A DNA stretch of 64,000 bases, taken from positions 64,976,001-65,040,000 of the forward strand of contig NC_043003.1 of assembly GCF_006345805.1 (NCBI RefSeq). Direction: 5' to 3'. The DNA is from Octopus sinensis (lineage: Eukaryota). The notes beneath the pieces are model-generated. The model was not told where the DNA came from, ran no database searches, and saw only the letters and a list, made by a program, of their open reading frames with translations. Each line of letters starts with the position of its first letter. Positions within the stretch are counted from its first letter, which is position 1. The position numbers and the translations under genes are program-made. Positions 1 to 14,185 of this stretch are shown in pieces.

Positions 1-112
1 AAGGATGAAAAGCAAAGTCGACCTCGGCGGAATTTGAACATAGAACGTAGCGGCAGACGAAATACCGGTAAACATTTCGCCCGGCGTGCTATCGTTTCCG
101 CCGCTCGTCGCG
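1..112 (-). mobile_element. tRNA-derived SINE family A, 5' part
   Basis: Reverse complement matches the recurrent head ggcggcgagctggcagaaacgttagcacgccgggcgaaatg...gagttcaaattcc...gcctttcatcctt seen throughout the window. Confidence 0.85.
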
Positions 113-1483
113 TTATAAGAAATGATAATAATAAGCAAATAAACAAATGAATGTTGTTTATCCAGTATTTTGCATGAAGTGTTTAGGTGCTTACTTCAAA
201 AAGTGCCAGTTAGTAGACAGCAACAGTAGCACATCGTGTGTCATCTTCTTTAAATCTCCATTATAATCCATACTGTCATGGAAATACCACTCAAACACAA
301 CCTTTTTTTTTTTTGCTCTCACAATGATATTGTTAGTTTATTTGTTTGTTTTGCTACTAGCTACTAATACGAAGCCCAGTTTGTCCCCCCCCCCACTTTT
401 CTTTTACCTTCTTTTCTTCCGTACACTTTTCTCTAGGGTTTCCTTTAAGGCTGGATGGACATTGTTTGAGATCATATATTGTAGCTTGTCACCGTTTTTG
501 TCATTCAATTTGAAATCTGTCATTTTATACACCCTGCTTGCTGTTCCTAGGAGAAAAGTAGGCTGCTCCATTTTTTTATATATTTATTTTTTTATAACCC
601 TACCTTTTTTTTTTGCCTATATTTTTTTGTTATTCATTACAGTTCTCATTACTTTATAATATTTCAAGATCCACCGATGATTCATGTATATAGCGATATC
701 ATTAATCATCTAATAATTCAATCAATAAGTATGGTTAGAGAATAGATGTTAGTTTTACTGTTTACAACTAACTACGAAAATTTAATCCGTGGAGCAGCTG
801 GTCTTAATACTCCGCGTGTTCAATTTCCAAAAGCCTGCGGTAAGCCTGTCCTTTAGAGGATAAAATTAGATAAAAACACGGGAATAAAAGAATATCTTCT
901 ACTGTCAATGTAACAAAAATTCGGTTACCATAGAAACCGCACTAATTTATTTTTCATTTAATTCTCGTTAGCTGACCGGTAACTCAGAGGTAAGCTCGCA
1001 GCCAACCGAGTTGCTTTCGTTAATGATTTATGCTGGTTCATATTTAGCTCTATCACTAAAGACAAACGGAAATCGTGAATACTACAGTATCTAGCTTTTA
1101 CTTTCTTAGGAAATGTAATATTTTGCGCTTATCTATATCTTGTATTTTATTAACGATATCAAGAAAATTTTGAAGATCGCATTAAACCATTTCTGCTTTT
1201 CTCAAAAATACCACTGTTTTATACACATGGCGTGCCCTGGTGGATAGTTATATTAAGGGAGATAATAATTTATAGATAAATCTTGGCGGGATTAGAAGCT
1301 TGGATACGTGGTGTTTTATGATTTTGTAATAAATCGATATTTCACTGAATACCGTTGTTCTCAAATCGATAGAATATTTCTATCTGGAATCAATGCAATA
1401 TGCTGTAATAGCCAATACCAAGAGTAGGAATGTGATATTTTATTGAAATTTACTCTCACATTTCTTGATAAGGTGTTTGTGTG

Positions 1484-1520
<37 letters not shown>

Positions 1521-3329
1521 TCACACACATACACACATATACACATATATACAAAGGCATATGCAAAGACATGCATGCCTATACACACATGTATGCATAT
1601 ATATATATATACATCAACATACACGTTAATGTATGTGTGTGTAAGTGCGCGCATGTGTGACTGTGTGTGCGCGCGGGTGTGATTGTGCGTGTGCGCGCGT
1701 GTGTTGCATGTGTGGATATGTTAGCGGTATATCAGATAACAATTTTTATAAGGTATACGTGTTTTGATAAGTGTGCAAGCAAAGCAAATATGCAGAAAAC
1801 TGAATGTTAAGCCTATAAAGATAACACATTTCATTATTAATTACGAGAGCTTGTTACCTCAACAGCTTTATTTAGTTGATATCCATATTTAAATTTATGT
1901 ATATTAAGTGACAAAACCGATAGGCGTAATGCTTTTACATTATTTAGCTTCTTGCCTGTAGAATTGTGGATTAAATTCTGATTCGGATGAAAACAATGAC
2001 AAGCGTTGTTTTCCTCAAATTTTAGCATGAACTATCGAAGAGGGAAGCGCTACGTAAGCGAGAAAAATTGTTAGAAGCAACAGTCAAATCTCCCTTAAAT
2101 CACGCTCTAGTTTCTAAATGAGCGACCCTGGGGGATTTCTACCTGTTTACCCGTTCCACAGCATGCAGCAGCTAAAATATCTCTCAAAGCATACTTTATT
2201 GCTTGAAGCCAATGAGAAACTGTCTACGTGATCGTTTCCTCTACTAGAAAGAACGGCTAAATATCCTTCAAATTATACTCTTTCGTCTTAAAAAGAAAGA
2301 TATATACAAATTAGATAATGTAGAAATTATTGCGCCGAAAATGTGATTGTCACGGCTGGATGATATTGATAATAGATCTTCACTTTGAGAGTTGAAGTTG
2401 GTACTAACATGCAACAGTTAATAAATAATGCAAAAGTGGAAACACGTTTCTTTGGGAGTGTCCTGACTAGTTTCATCCCTATTCGGAGAGTCAACAGTCA
2501 ACAAATTACCCTTATTTTTTATCTACAGATAAAGCATTCATCTCCACGTTACCTAAGTTTATCGAAGAGTAAGCCTCTTGTTGGTACACACCGGCACTAA
2601 TGTAATCGTTGTTGTTGCTGTCAAAAGACAAAGAATCGGAACATATACCACGAGGATACTTCTCAGACTTTCTGACATTTCCGCTAATTAAGACCCCGCT
2701 CTGGATTGGTATTTTTTTTAACGACTCTCGATACGATGAAAAGCGAAGTTGACCTCGATAGAATTCTGATTCAGAGCGCAGCTACCCAGAGTATATAGCG
2801 CATTCTGTATGATTTTAAGGAATCGGCATGCATTACAAATTTGGTATCGCTACAAAATGAAATCATGTGAATCCAAATGCAATCAATTCGTCAAAGAATT
2901 GTCTTGACTGTGCAAAGGCATGTCTATGCTTAAGAGAATGTATTTTGTTTCATTTGCCTGTTTGAAGGAAGGAGACCCAACAAGAAAACACTATACCCAC
3001 CCATGACCAGCAGTCATGTAAAACGCAGAAATTGTTTCAGTCTCTTGGTTTCATTACCATAAAAAATCTCAACTGGCAAAAGTACACGTTTAGTAAAGCA
3101 AGGCTCGCATCTCTCAAATTAGTCTTACTTTTCGGACCGAAAAGAACTTCATTCCCCAATAATTACTGACACACTATAAAGTTCAGTGGAGGAACACAGT
3201 GGAAAGCACTCTCACGCCACGGACGGTGCTGCTACTGCTGCTGCTGCTGCTGTATACACAGACATCCTAAACCGCATTTAGAAAAGGGCAATCAGACTGA
3301 CTGGTATGTAGTCACTTACAGATATGATC

Positions 3330-3600
3330 CGCTTCTAGAATGACTGCTCTTCCTTGGAGTTGGTTTAGTTCATGCCACCTCCTCTAAGGCATCTCCCCGT
3401 TCCGATCGTCTCTCTCTATCATCGTATGTTCCCTCACCCCCCATTCTCAAACACTGCACTAATCACTCCACACAGTCCATCCTTCTCGGAATAGCAGCTG
3501 ACTAGAATTCCCTCCCTCCTCATGACTTACAGTCTCACCCATCTAGGAGAGCCCGCAGAAGCCATGGAAACTGCTTCTTCATCGAAACCCAGTATTTGAA
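3330..3600 (-). mobile_element. Highly decayed RTE-like LINE 3' coding fragment
   Basis: Minus frames give VLRMGGEG and RNGEMP*RRWHEL, resembling the HVxRM...RGRPxxRW tail of RTE ORFs; multiple stops. Confidence 0.3.
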
Positions 3601-3764
3601 GCAAAATGTCAGCACGATGTTTTAATTGTGCTGGAAAGAATAGATTTTCTGTGGTCCGTTTCTGTTTACTGATTATGGAGTATTTTAAGAAAGGCATGAA
3701 TTTCGTAAATCCTACTTTTACTTCTCTTTTAAAAACGAGGTTCGGTTTCTTTGAGAAAATATTG

Positions 3765-3950
3765 GTTTCAAATTTTGGCACAAGGACAGCAATTTCGGAA
3801 AAGGGAGAAATCGATTACATCAAATCCAGTGCTCAACTGGTATTTATGATATCGACCCCGAAAGAATACAAGGAATTTGAAATCAGAACGCGAAGACGAA
3901 CGAAATGCCGCTAAATATTTTGCTCGGCGTGCTAACGATTCTGACAGTTC
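3765..3950 (-). mobile_element. SINE family A, diverged copy
   Basis: caactggtatttatgatatcgacccc...aatttgaaatcagaacg...gcgtgctaacgattctg is the reverse complement of the family A consensus. Confidence 0.7.
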
Positions 3951-4829
3951 TGTGGGAAAATATTAAATTCTGAGGGAAAATATTAAATTATCATGTATAT
4001 TGGAGTTTCAAATCAATTAAAATTACGTTGGGAAAAGTAGGCCGTCTTTTATAATGCCAGAAAAAAGAAACAGAACAGACAAACAAAAAACAAAACTAAG
4101 ATAATCATAGTAGGAACACCTTTGATCATAGATGATCTGGGGGCTTAAACGGCAATAACAACAATGACGATAGCAACAGCAACAGCAGCAACAACGTCAA
4201 CATCAACGGCATTAGCAGCTGTAATACCAAGGACAAAAATGATCGACATGGGGATACTGGAGAAGATTAAATTAACTTTAGTATTAGCCTGGATATTCGT
4301 AGTCAAATACTGATGCAATATCAGAAATCAATACGGCGCAGACGGACAATAACAAAAGATATTTAAAATACAAGTCGGCTTTGATCAAGCGAAACTATAA
4401 TTAAAACATCACAGCCAGGACCATAACATCTTATTTGCAGACAACCTATCCAAGATTACATAATCCCGTCCTCATTTAGGATTAAGATGGTGATCTGAGG
4501 TTTGAGTGCACATTCACTGTTACTATTGAAGTTTTCTATTATCACCGACGTGCAGTCTGAGGGGACTTTGGTTGTTGTTCTTTGTCCCGAGCAACATAGT
4601 GCTTCGTTTTTTGGTTTTTATTTTCATTTTGCATACATACGGTTTTAAAACTTAAATGATATTAATTATTGTTGGACGTGAAAAAAATGCCCTCAACAGC
4701 GCGCGGGTATGGGTGTGTGATAAAAAACGAAAAACTGTCGCTTCGCTAGTATATGGGCCCAAGATCTCTCGCGCAAAGTAAGCAATATCTGGCATGTCTT
4801 TGGATTGGCCAATACATTGTCGTGTTAAA

Positions 4830-5325
4830 GGCGGCGAGCTGGCAGAAACATTAACACGCCGGGCGAAATGCTTAGCGGCATTTCGTCTGCCGTTACGTTC
4901 TGAGTTCAAATTCCGCCGAGGTCGACTTTGCCTTTCATCCTTTCGGAGTCGATAAACTAAGTACCACTTGAGTACTGGAGTCGATCTAATCGAGAGGACC
5001 CCTCCCCACAATTTCGAGCCTTGTGCCTAGAGTAGAAAAGAATATTTCTAAGGTGGCGAGATGGCAGAAACATTAACACGCCTGGCGAAATGCTCAGCGG
5101 TATTTCGTCTGCTGTTACGTTCTGAATTCAAATTCCGCCGAGGTCGATTTGCCTTTCATCCTTTCGGGGTCGATTAAATAAGTACCAGTTACGCACTGGA
5201 GTCGATATAATCGACTTAATCCGTTTGTCTGTCCTTGTTTGTCCCCCCTGTGTTTAGCCCCTTGTGGGTAGTAAAGAAATAGGTATTTCGTCTGTCGTTA
5301 CGTTCTGAGTTGAAATTCCGCCGTT
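4830..5325 (+). mobile_element. Tandem SINE family A copies (Nin/Deu-like domain)
   Basis: Heads at ~4830 and ~5052 with B-box GAGTTCAAATTCC, followed by gcctttcatcctttcggggtcgataaa...agtacc, which resembles the Nin/Deu SINE domain. Confidence 0.85.
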
Positions 5326-5670
5326 AAACTTTCCAAGCGTTAAACTTTCTCATTCTCCAAGCGTTAAACTAATACATATGTTTAGTGTTTGCACACCCGT
5401 CTTCGTCTTCTTTTTTTTTTGTAAATTCTCACTACATACATACATACATACATACATACATACATACATACATACATACAAACATACATACATACATACC
5501 CTGTTGTTGATGTTGAAATTCCAATGAAAGAGCCTTGAATCTAGGTTAGAAACCGGCTTTTTCTCTAAATAAAACTGAATGATGACATACATAACAACAA
5601 ATATGAGCATGCCTATATATGCGACTATATGCATGAAAAGACACACAAAACAAAACATACAAATGTGCAC

Positions 5671-5709
<39 letters not shown>

Positions 5710-5718
<9 letters not shown>

Positions 5719-6063
5719 AGAAATATCCTATTGTTAATGTTGAAATTCCAATGAAGGAACCTTGCATCTAGGTTAGAAACCGGCTACCTGCACATATACA
5801 TTCATACATACGTACATACGTAAGAGTGTGTGTGCATGTTTATGTGTGTGAGCGTGGGCTTAACATTTCCACAACTTCATGACGTTTGTTGGTGTCTTTA
5901 CGTCTCCGTAAATTAACGGTTTGGCAAAAGAGACCGATAGAATAAGTACCAGAGTTAAAAAATAGTAATTCGGTCGATTTGTTCGACTAAAATAAGTATG
6001 CATACATACATACATACATACATACATACATACATACATACGTACATGAATATATACATATAT

Positions 6064-6115
<52 letters not shown>

Positions 6116-6479
6116 TATATATATTATATATATATATATACACACATACAGAATATCCTATTGTTAATGTTGAAATTCCAATGAAGGAACCTTGCATCTA
6201 GGTTAAAAACCGGCTACCTGCACATATACATTCATACATACGTACATACGTAAGAGTGTGTGTGCATGTTTATGTGTGTGAGCGTGGGCTTAACATTTCC
6301 ACAACTTCATGACGTTTGTTGGTGTCTTTACGTCTCCGTAAATTAACGATAGAATAAGTACCAGAGTTAAAAAATAGTAATTCGGTCGATTTGTTCGACT
6401 AAAATAAGTATGCATACATACATACATACATACATACATACATACATACGTACATGAATATATATATATATACACACAC

Positions 6480-6480
<1 letters not shown>
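5710..6480 (+). repeat. Direct tandem duplication, ~430-bp unit
   Basis: 5710-~6060 is repeated at 6141-~6480 almost identically; copy 2 lacks 18 bp. Confidence 0.9.
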
Positions 6481-6528
<48 letters not shown>

Positions 6529-6689
6529 GCACTAAGTAAAGCAGTTATTCGCCACACACCCAAACTCTACGCATACACACACGAACACACACACATACAT
6601 ACACACACACACACACATACATACACACACACACACACACGATACATATACATACACGCACACACACACATACTTCAAAGTAGCAGTAC

Positions 6690-7172
6690 TGACCTGTGGT
6701 AGGGACAAAAGGCACCACTCCTTCTTCTACTAGCCCTACAAACACGCTTTGTTTACATCCACAACCACACACATATACACACACACACGCACACACACAC
6801 ACACACACACGTCTCATCATTGCACACATACACACACACACCTCTGCGCACGCACATATCCACACTTACACACACATTCCTCCTCTACCAGTCTCCTGTC
6901 TTTGACAATACTACTCTCCTCTGTTTGAAAATATCTTTCTTCACCCTTTTCCTTCCGGTCTTTCAAAATGTGACCTCGTGTGTACCATTGGCGATTTTTT
7001 TCCCTCTGTCTTCCCTTCTCTGGATCCTTCCTTCTCCTATGTTTCCGACGAAGAGCTCCGCTCGAAACGCTAAACCCTCCTTCTTTCCTTCTTTCCTGAG
7101 CGTCCAGTAATACTATATTTGTTCCACGTCCTCGCGTTGTTGTGTCTTTTTGTACTTTCTAGTTTGAATTAA
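6690..7172 (+). mobile_element. Penelope-like non-autonomous element with hammerhead-like motif
   Basis: Pyrimidine-rich body ending gtttccgacgaagagctccgctcgaaacgctaaac...ctgagcg..taatac then (TA)n; same layout at 39300-39500. Confidence 0.55.
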
Positions 7173-7214
7173 CTATATATACATATATATATATACACAC
7201 ACCACACACACACA

Positions 7215-7254
<40 letters not shown>

Positions 7255-7404
7255 TTGATTTGAAAACCCCACTGGAATGGGAGAAAGCGCTAATAATCCA
7301 AATGATATGATCTGAATGATATGATATATATATGTAAAAAATGTAATATATAAATAAATATCTATAAATATGAACCATCCGATCTGATTACCTCATTTCT
7401 TCTA

Positions 7405-7437
<33 letters not shown>

Positions 7438-7562
7438 ACAAAGTGGAGTTGTAAGGAACCGCACGAGTGGAATTATATATGAAAGAAGGTTTGAAAATGC
7501 AATTTTAAAATATGTTTATTTACTTAAATAAACATATTTTAAAATTGCATTTTCAAACCTTC

Positions 7563-7615
<53 letters not shown>

Positions 7616-7619
7616 CATA

Positions 7620-7868
7620 CAGGGTGTGATGGGTAAATTGTCGACATTTTATATTTTTGATTTCGCGCAAGCGAATTGTTTGTTTGTTTTTATCTTGTCC
7701 ACTACATAGTATGGTAGGGTCAGTTGGACACCATCTGTAAAAAAAACAGCACGCTAACGTAATTCAGTCTGCCAGAAATTTGGAAGCGACATGTTGTACT
7801 GCTTGGCATTCGCACAGGAAGCTCCAATAGGAACATTTCAGAGTGTTTGGCTGTGAATTTGAGGACAT
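7620..7868 (+). mobile_element. Tc1/mariner-like DNA transposon 5' end with transposase N-terminal remnant
   Basis: TA|CAGGGTG terminus; downstream frame EIWKRHVVLLGIRTGSSNRNISECLAVNLRT resembles a transposase HTH start. Confidence 0.55.
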
Positions 7869-8189
7869 GGACCGAGAGTGATAAAAATCAAACATTTTGC
7901 TAATTATTTCTTAAGAGCATATGTAATTGCGAGCAGACATAGACACTGTCGGCCCCTCTATTCATTAGCCCCCTGGTACCTCAAAAATCTAATATTTGGG
8001 CAGAGATATACAAACAGTTAGATAGATAAAAAGATAGGAAGAGAAAGAAAATGAGAGGGAACGAAAGAGAAGGAGGAGAGAGGGGAAGAGTAATTGACAG
8101 TCTAATTGTAGCATTAGACTGGTACTAATATTTCACAGGTACGCGGTCCAGTGATTGGGCACATGATCATAAAGCTGTAGGCTCAAGTC

Positions 8190-8941
8190 CTTGAGCAAAC
8201 GGTGATTTGCGTTCATGAGGAGGGCTCTACAAACAAATGAAGGTACATCAGCAACTAAGTGCCCCCAACCAAACAACACCACCACCAGCGCCAACAAGAA
8301 CAGAAACAACACCATCGTCACCACCACTACCACCACCACCAACAACAACTTCAAAGAAGGAAGAGAAAATGAGAAAGACTCATACCCCACCTCCAAAAAC
8401 CAATAACCTCACCCCAAATTTCACCAACCAGCATCAACACCAACAAAGTCAACGCACTCAAAAATAGACCCCCAATACACTTTCCCTCCCACCTTTTGAT
8501 TCCTCTGACATGTCAGATGAAGATGACACAGAAGATTGGCAAATGGCCACAGGGGGAAGAAGAAAAGGGGGAAAAAGAATAGTGGAGCAGACAAATAAAG
8601 TAGGGAGGTTTACCACTCCCGAAACCAAAACACCCGCAGAAAACAAAAGCATCAACACAAACACATTAACACCAAACCCCACCAACAACCCAGACCTAAT
8701 GGAATACGTTTGGTCAAACACCAAAATAATAGAAAATGATACCAAAACAAAGAATCACTCACGCACAACACCACCACAAAACATTAAAATCATACACATA
8801 AAACAGAACACACACAGAACCCTGAAATCTCTATACCCTGATGCAATTGGGCGATTTCAAAAATACCTGTCTAAAAAACTATACAAAAACCCTTCTGGGA
8901 AAGACTGTGAGGTGAAGAACAAAGAACTTTCGGACAGTAAG

Positions 8942-8944
<3 letters not shown>
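8190..8944 (+). pseudogene. Possible LINE ORF1 (gag-like) remnant
   Basis: A/C-rich low-complexity frames (ORF 8510-8944) and a decayed knuckle-like ...EGTSATKCP directly upstream of the ORF2 remnant, same strand. Confidence 0.35.
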
Positions 8945-8991
<47 letters not shown>

Positions 8992-9050
8992 TCTCTCTCT
9001 CTCTTTCTCTCTCTCTCTTTCTCTTTCGTCTTCCTTTCGTTTGTAAAACA

Positions 9051-11672
9051 TACACAAAATAGGCAGTATAAATGAACGTGTCTTGGATCGCCTTGGAAAC
9101 AAGGCTACCTGCTAAACGGCATCAAGTCACAAAATCTGCATATCATAGCCATCGGTGAGACCAAACTCCACAGCGCGCGGGCACTCCTGCACATGTTCGG
9201 CGGACATTTCGACATTTATTTTTCTCCGTGTCTGCCGAGAATGGGCGGAGGTGGCACCGCGGTGCTTCTTCGGAAGAGTCTGGACCTCAAAGTAAGAGCA
9301 GCCCGGTGGGTAGGTTGGTCGTCTTGGATGTCAATGGCAGTAATAGGTGTGCTTTTCGATTAATAACAGTTTATGCACCGTCCTTAACAGACCGGCCAGC
9401 TTTCTTTCGACGTCTAGAGAGTTTCCTGGGAACGTCACGACCTTTACTTTTAGTGGGGGTTTGGAAAGCTACGCTGGACACGCATCTAGACTACGTGGGC
9501 AGAGATAGTAATAGGAAGGGATGCAAATGCCTCAAAGATCTGCTCAGACGTTTCCAACTGTCTGACAGGTACCGACTGGACCACCCAAATGTACCAATGT
9601 GGACATGGAGCAACCGCATCGGGTCGTCCTGACAGAACATAGATAGAGTATTCTGAAGGGCAGTGGATAAGGATAGTGCAGGTTGTCCACAATTCCATAT
9701 GGTCAGCTACACAGACCATAAATTTGTGACTTGTACACTTGACTTAAATAAGACATATAGGCAGAGTCCTGGTTACTGGAAGCTGAACGCATCGTTCACA
9801 GCACGCCAGGCTTACAGGGACCGGATTAGCACATTAGTTGAGAGAGCATTGACGGGTACCATCATCAAAAACAGATGGTGGTATACCCTAAAGAAAGCAA
9901 TTAAAGCAGAATCTGTTAGGTACAGTAAGGCCCTAGCATTAGACCGAAATAGAATACAGGGAGACCTAGTTAAGAAATTAGAAGAGACACTTAGAACTGG
10001 CATCACGTCCAACGTACTGGCAGCGAGGTTGGCCCTCGACCAACACTTCAACGCCAAACACAAAGGATGCGTTGTCAGAGCTAGGATGCGTGCTCTGAGG
10101 AACGAAGGAGTTGAAGCCGCCCGAGAGGCCCGAGTGGCGGAGGCGCAACGAGGCAACAGAGCCACCATTAGGTCACTTACAGATGAACAGGGGCGCGAAT
10201 TACTCGAGCCTGAAAGGATGTGTAAGGCCTTTCAACAACACTTTGCCCGACTGTTCGGGACAACTGGTAGGTCAGAACACAGAGTTGACTTTAGTGCCTA
10301 CCTGCATGGCCTGCCACGTTTCTCAGGAAGAGAAGCGGAGTGTTGTGAAAGACCCATCACAGCCACAAACGTACGGGATGCGATGGCAGGCTGCGCAGGA
10401 GAAAGTCACCGGACTTGGATTGTCTGCCCTACGAACTTTATTGTCATATACCAAACTTGTTTGGAGGCGTCTTGGCAGCTGTCTACTGTAACTGGCAGCA
10501 AAACGGGAGTATCCCCGTCTTTGTAAAGCGAGGATCGGTGGCACTGCTAAAGAAAGACCCAAACAAGGGGACCGTCATAGATAACTTCAGGCCCACCACT
10601 CTGCTCAACACAGGTTTGAAAATTTTGGCGAAGGTGTTAGCCGAGAGGTTGGCGCTTGTCATCGAGAAATTAGTCGACAAGGCGCAAACGTGCACCGTGC
10701 CGGGTAGGAGTATCTATGACAACCTCCATCTGATGCGTTACAATCATAAACAGGGTAGTTAAGGAACCTGGTATGGGTAGGGCGCTGATCAATTTGGATC
10801 AGTCAAAAGCTTTCGATAGGGTACACCATCACTACTTGGAGGCTGTCCTTAAAGCGGCTGGTTTCGGTCCCATCTTCCGCTGTTCGATCGCTGCCTTATA
10901 CAGTGGCATCCGCTCGGTAGTTCGCGTAAATGGTCATCTATCCAGATCATTTAACATCATGCGTTCGATTCGGCAAGGATGCCTCCTCTCATCGTTTCCG
11001 TATGTATTGACACTGCGGAAGCTGGCGACGCTGAGGGGCATCCCACGAGAGCTGGGATGCGGGAGGAACGTGTCTGTGTATGCGGACGATGTCACCGTCA
11101 TAGTGTCGAGCCACAAACACATTGACCTGGTTGGCTAGACAATAAAATAATAGGAAGCGGTAACGGGAGCAAAAATTAACCGGGAAAAGTCAGTGGGCTT
11201 GCGGCTCGGCACCTGGAGAAGTAAGCCCATTCCGTCCAACAGCGTCTCTACTGTGGGACGCTGGACTGACGGACCGATTAAATTGCTCGGAGTTTGGCCC
11301 GGTCCGAATCTCCAAATGGAGAAGAACTGGGGCGAAATAACGACTAGGCTGGCCACTCTCACCCAGCAATGGGCCGAAAGGAAGCTATACCTAAAAGGTC
11401 AAGCGGAGGTGGAGAACGCGTACATTGCACCCGTCATCAATTACCGTCTGCATACTCTTCCGCTTCTTGTGCAAGGGAAGCGTTCCGATGGTTAGGCGAT
11501 CCGTTTGCTGTCAACACCCGCTCAATGGAGGGCTAGGCATACCGTGGTTGATGATGCGCAGACATGCGCTGAGACAGTGAACAGGTGTATTCGCCGTTTG
11601 TGAGGCGCGCAGCTCGTCTCCATGACCGAACTGCAACCTTGGATCAAAAAGAGGCCGAGGCTAGGCGAATGA
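9051..11672 (+). mobile_element. Decayed L1/Tx1-like non-LTR retrotransposon ORF2 (APE endonuclease + reverse transcriptase)
   Basis: APE motifs (IAIGETK, LITVYAP, TDHK), PGYWKLN linker, RT motifs NFRPTTLLN, LDQSKAFDRV, IRQGCLLS and YADD at 11079-11090; many frameshifts and stops. Confidence 0.92.
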
Positions 11673-11821
11673 TTGGCTTTTTTTTTCCCCACGATCCCTT
11701 TTGATCGAAATTCGACCCACTTTATTTCTCTTCTTCTTCCCAAAAAGAAAAGCTCTACTTTGTATTTTGTCCCCTTTGTGTTCAGCTCTGCGTGGCCAAT
11801 AAAGAGGCATATCTCTCTACC

Positions 11822-12295
<474 letters not shown>

Positions 12296-13612
12296 TATCG
12301 ATCAAGTAAAATATTTTATTTTTATATTTGCTTGTCTCCATTACTAATCATACAAAGTTAATTGGAAAACAGTGCCACGGAACATATTTCAAACTTTCTC
12401 TCTATACGTATGCTAGCTATACTTCCAAAGTTTCGGGGCTGCTCCTACATTTTGATTACAGTTAAAACTATAACAAGCTGGTGTTCAGAATTATCAAGAA
12501 ATATACTGCATTAGTTTATTTCTTATTTCTTTATTCCCTTTCTGTTTTTGGTTTTCGCTAGTTAAGCATCATTAAATTATATCAACTTGAACAATGTTCA
12601 CTTCAGTAAAATGATATATATTTTTTCTTTCTTACTAGTTAAATTATCCCTCCATGATGCTTGCTATACATCAACTGCATAAAAGAAGTAAATTGCTTTT
12701 AATGTAGTTTTGGAAGTCTTTGATGTTTTACCGAAATCTGCTGATTGCTATTAACAGTCCTTGACATAAAGTGAAGGCAATATATGTAGAAAAGGTAGTC
12801 GTAATACTGGTGAGGAAAAAAAGTCTCATATGTGTAACAAAAATCCGGGTCACCAAAAGCCAATTACGAATTTTGGTTAACGATCATATTCCTAAAATGC
12901 TCGTTTGCCATCTCGTGGTGAATTATCTGAAGAATTTATAAAATCAGGCACCTACGTTAAATTCATCCTGGTGAAAGTCTGACGGTAATAAAGAAATATA
13001 ATTAAAAAAAGGCAAAACCAGGAACTGAAAAGTGGTCCCCATGAACGTTTCCATTGATTTCCAGACAGGTGAGTGGAAGGGAGAGTGTTATCCTAAAACC
13101 TGAAACCCGACGCAAATGCTTACAACAGCGTGGAGTTCTTTCCAAAAAGGCACCTATAAGCCAAAACCTGGAGCTAAACAGGCGACGAATTAAGTTTTCT
13201 ATTTGTTGTTAACTACAGGTCAGTCTTGATTGAGAAGATGTGTATTAAGATATCGTCGATATTTTAGACATTATATATGTAAGACTACATTTATGTAATG
13301 TGGACGCCTTTTTTAAAACAATAGTTTACAATTCGATGTTTTTTGACAGCTGTTTCTAAGAGCTATTTCTAACCATACATAGGTTCCGTTGCTGGGTGAA
13401 GAATACTTGTGACTCCGTTTGCTTATTGTTGGTTAGATACAGATAAGTTCTGATTTATCTGACTTATGGTCAAAACAGGTTCAGTTGTGACTATTTAGCC
13501 GTTCCACATACATACATATATAAATACATACATATATACATACATACATACATACATACATACATACATACATACATACATACATACATACATACATACA
13601 TACAAACATACA

Positions 13613-14185
13613 TGTGCACTCTGCTACACTGGTGTGGAAGATATCACACACATCAGCAGTAGCTGCTCCAATGCATCTATGATATATTATATGCCTCTGA
13701 GGCTTGATATGGTTGTAAAAATAATCGCGGGAAGGATTGCCCTGACGTATACATCGAATGTATGTCAGAACTAGCAGGCATTCACACCTTCAAAAGCAAG
13801 GAATATCGGTAGAATAAGCCAATAAAAACAGCTATTTGGTGCAAACGTAACAGACCTGATAATGTTTTGTGGAACAGGGGACAAAATCACACTCTGTTTT
13901 AGAAACCAGCTGCCCAGCGGATGTGAATGTACAATTAAAAGTTCAGCAAAAAGAGAACATTTATTGTTAATCAATGCAGAAATTACAGCTCTTATTCCCT
14001 GACTATAAATTCTCGTCTGTACCTAGAATTTGTACAATAGGTTGTGCGCCTACAAATTTACACAACAACCTAGAAATATTCGGTTTTTCGGAGAAAGAGC
14101 AAGAAACTGACGTGGCTTCTCCAAAAACAATCTATTAGCGGCAGAGTGAATATCTGTGAGACATTCCAAAGATTATCCATTTGAG
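13613..14185 (+). mobile_element. R4/Dong-like RLE non-LTR retrotransposon 3' fragment
   Basis: CCHC knuckle CALCYTGVEDITHISSSC, then NRPD, ETSCPADVNVQLKVQQKENIY and LQLLFPDYKF across frameshifts. Confidence 0.75.

Noticed and set aside
746-989. Plus-strand exon candidates 746-839 and 972-989 with GTAAGC donors
   Set aside because: Joining them gives an immediate stop codon; no other support
3531-3630. Minus-strand exon candidate with a good acceptor and GTAAGT donor (MASAGSPRWVRL)
   Set aside because: It does not join in frame to the next candidate exon and overlaps what looks like a decayed RTE 3' region
13771-14022. 78-codon exon-like open frame on the minus strand
   Set aside because: It is the antisense of the RLE retrotransposon fragment on the plus strand
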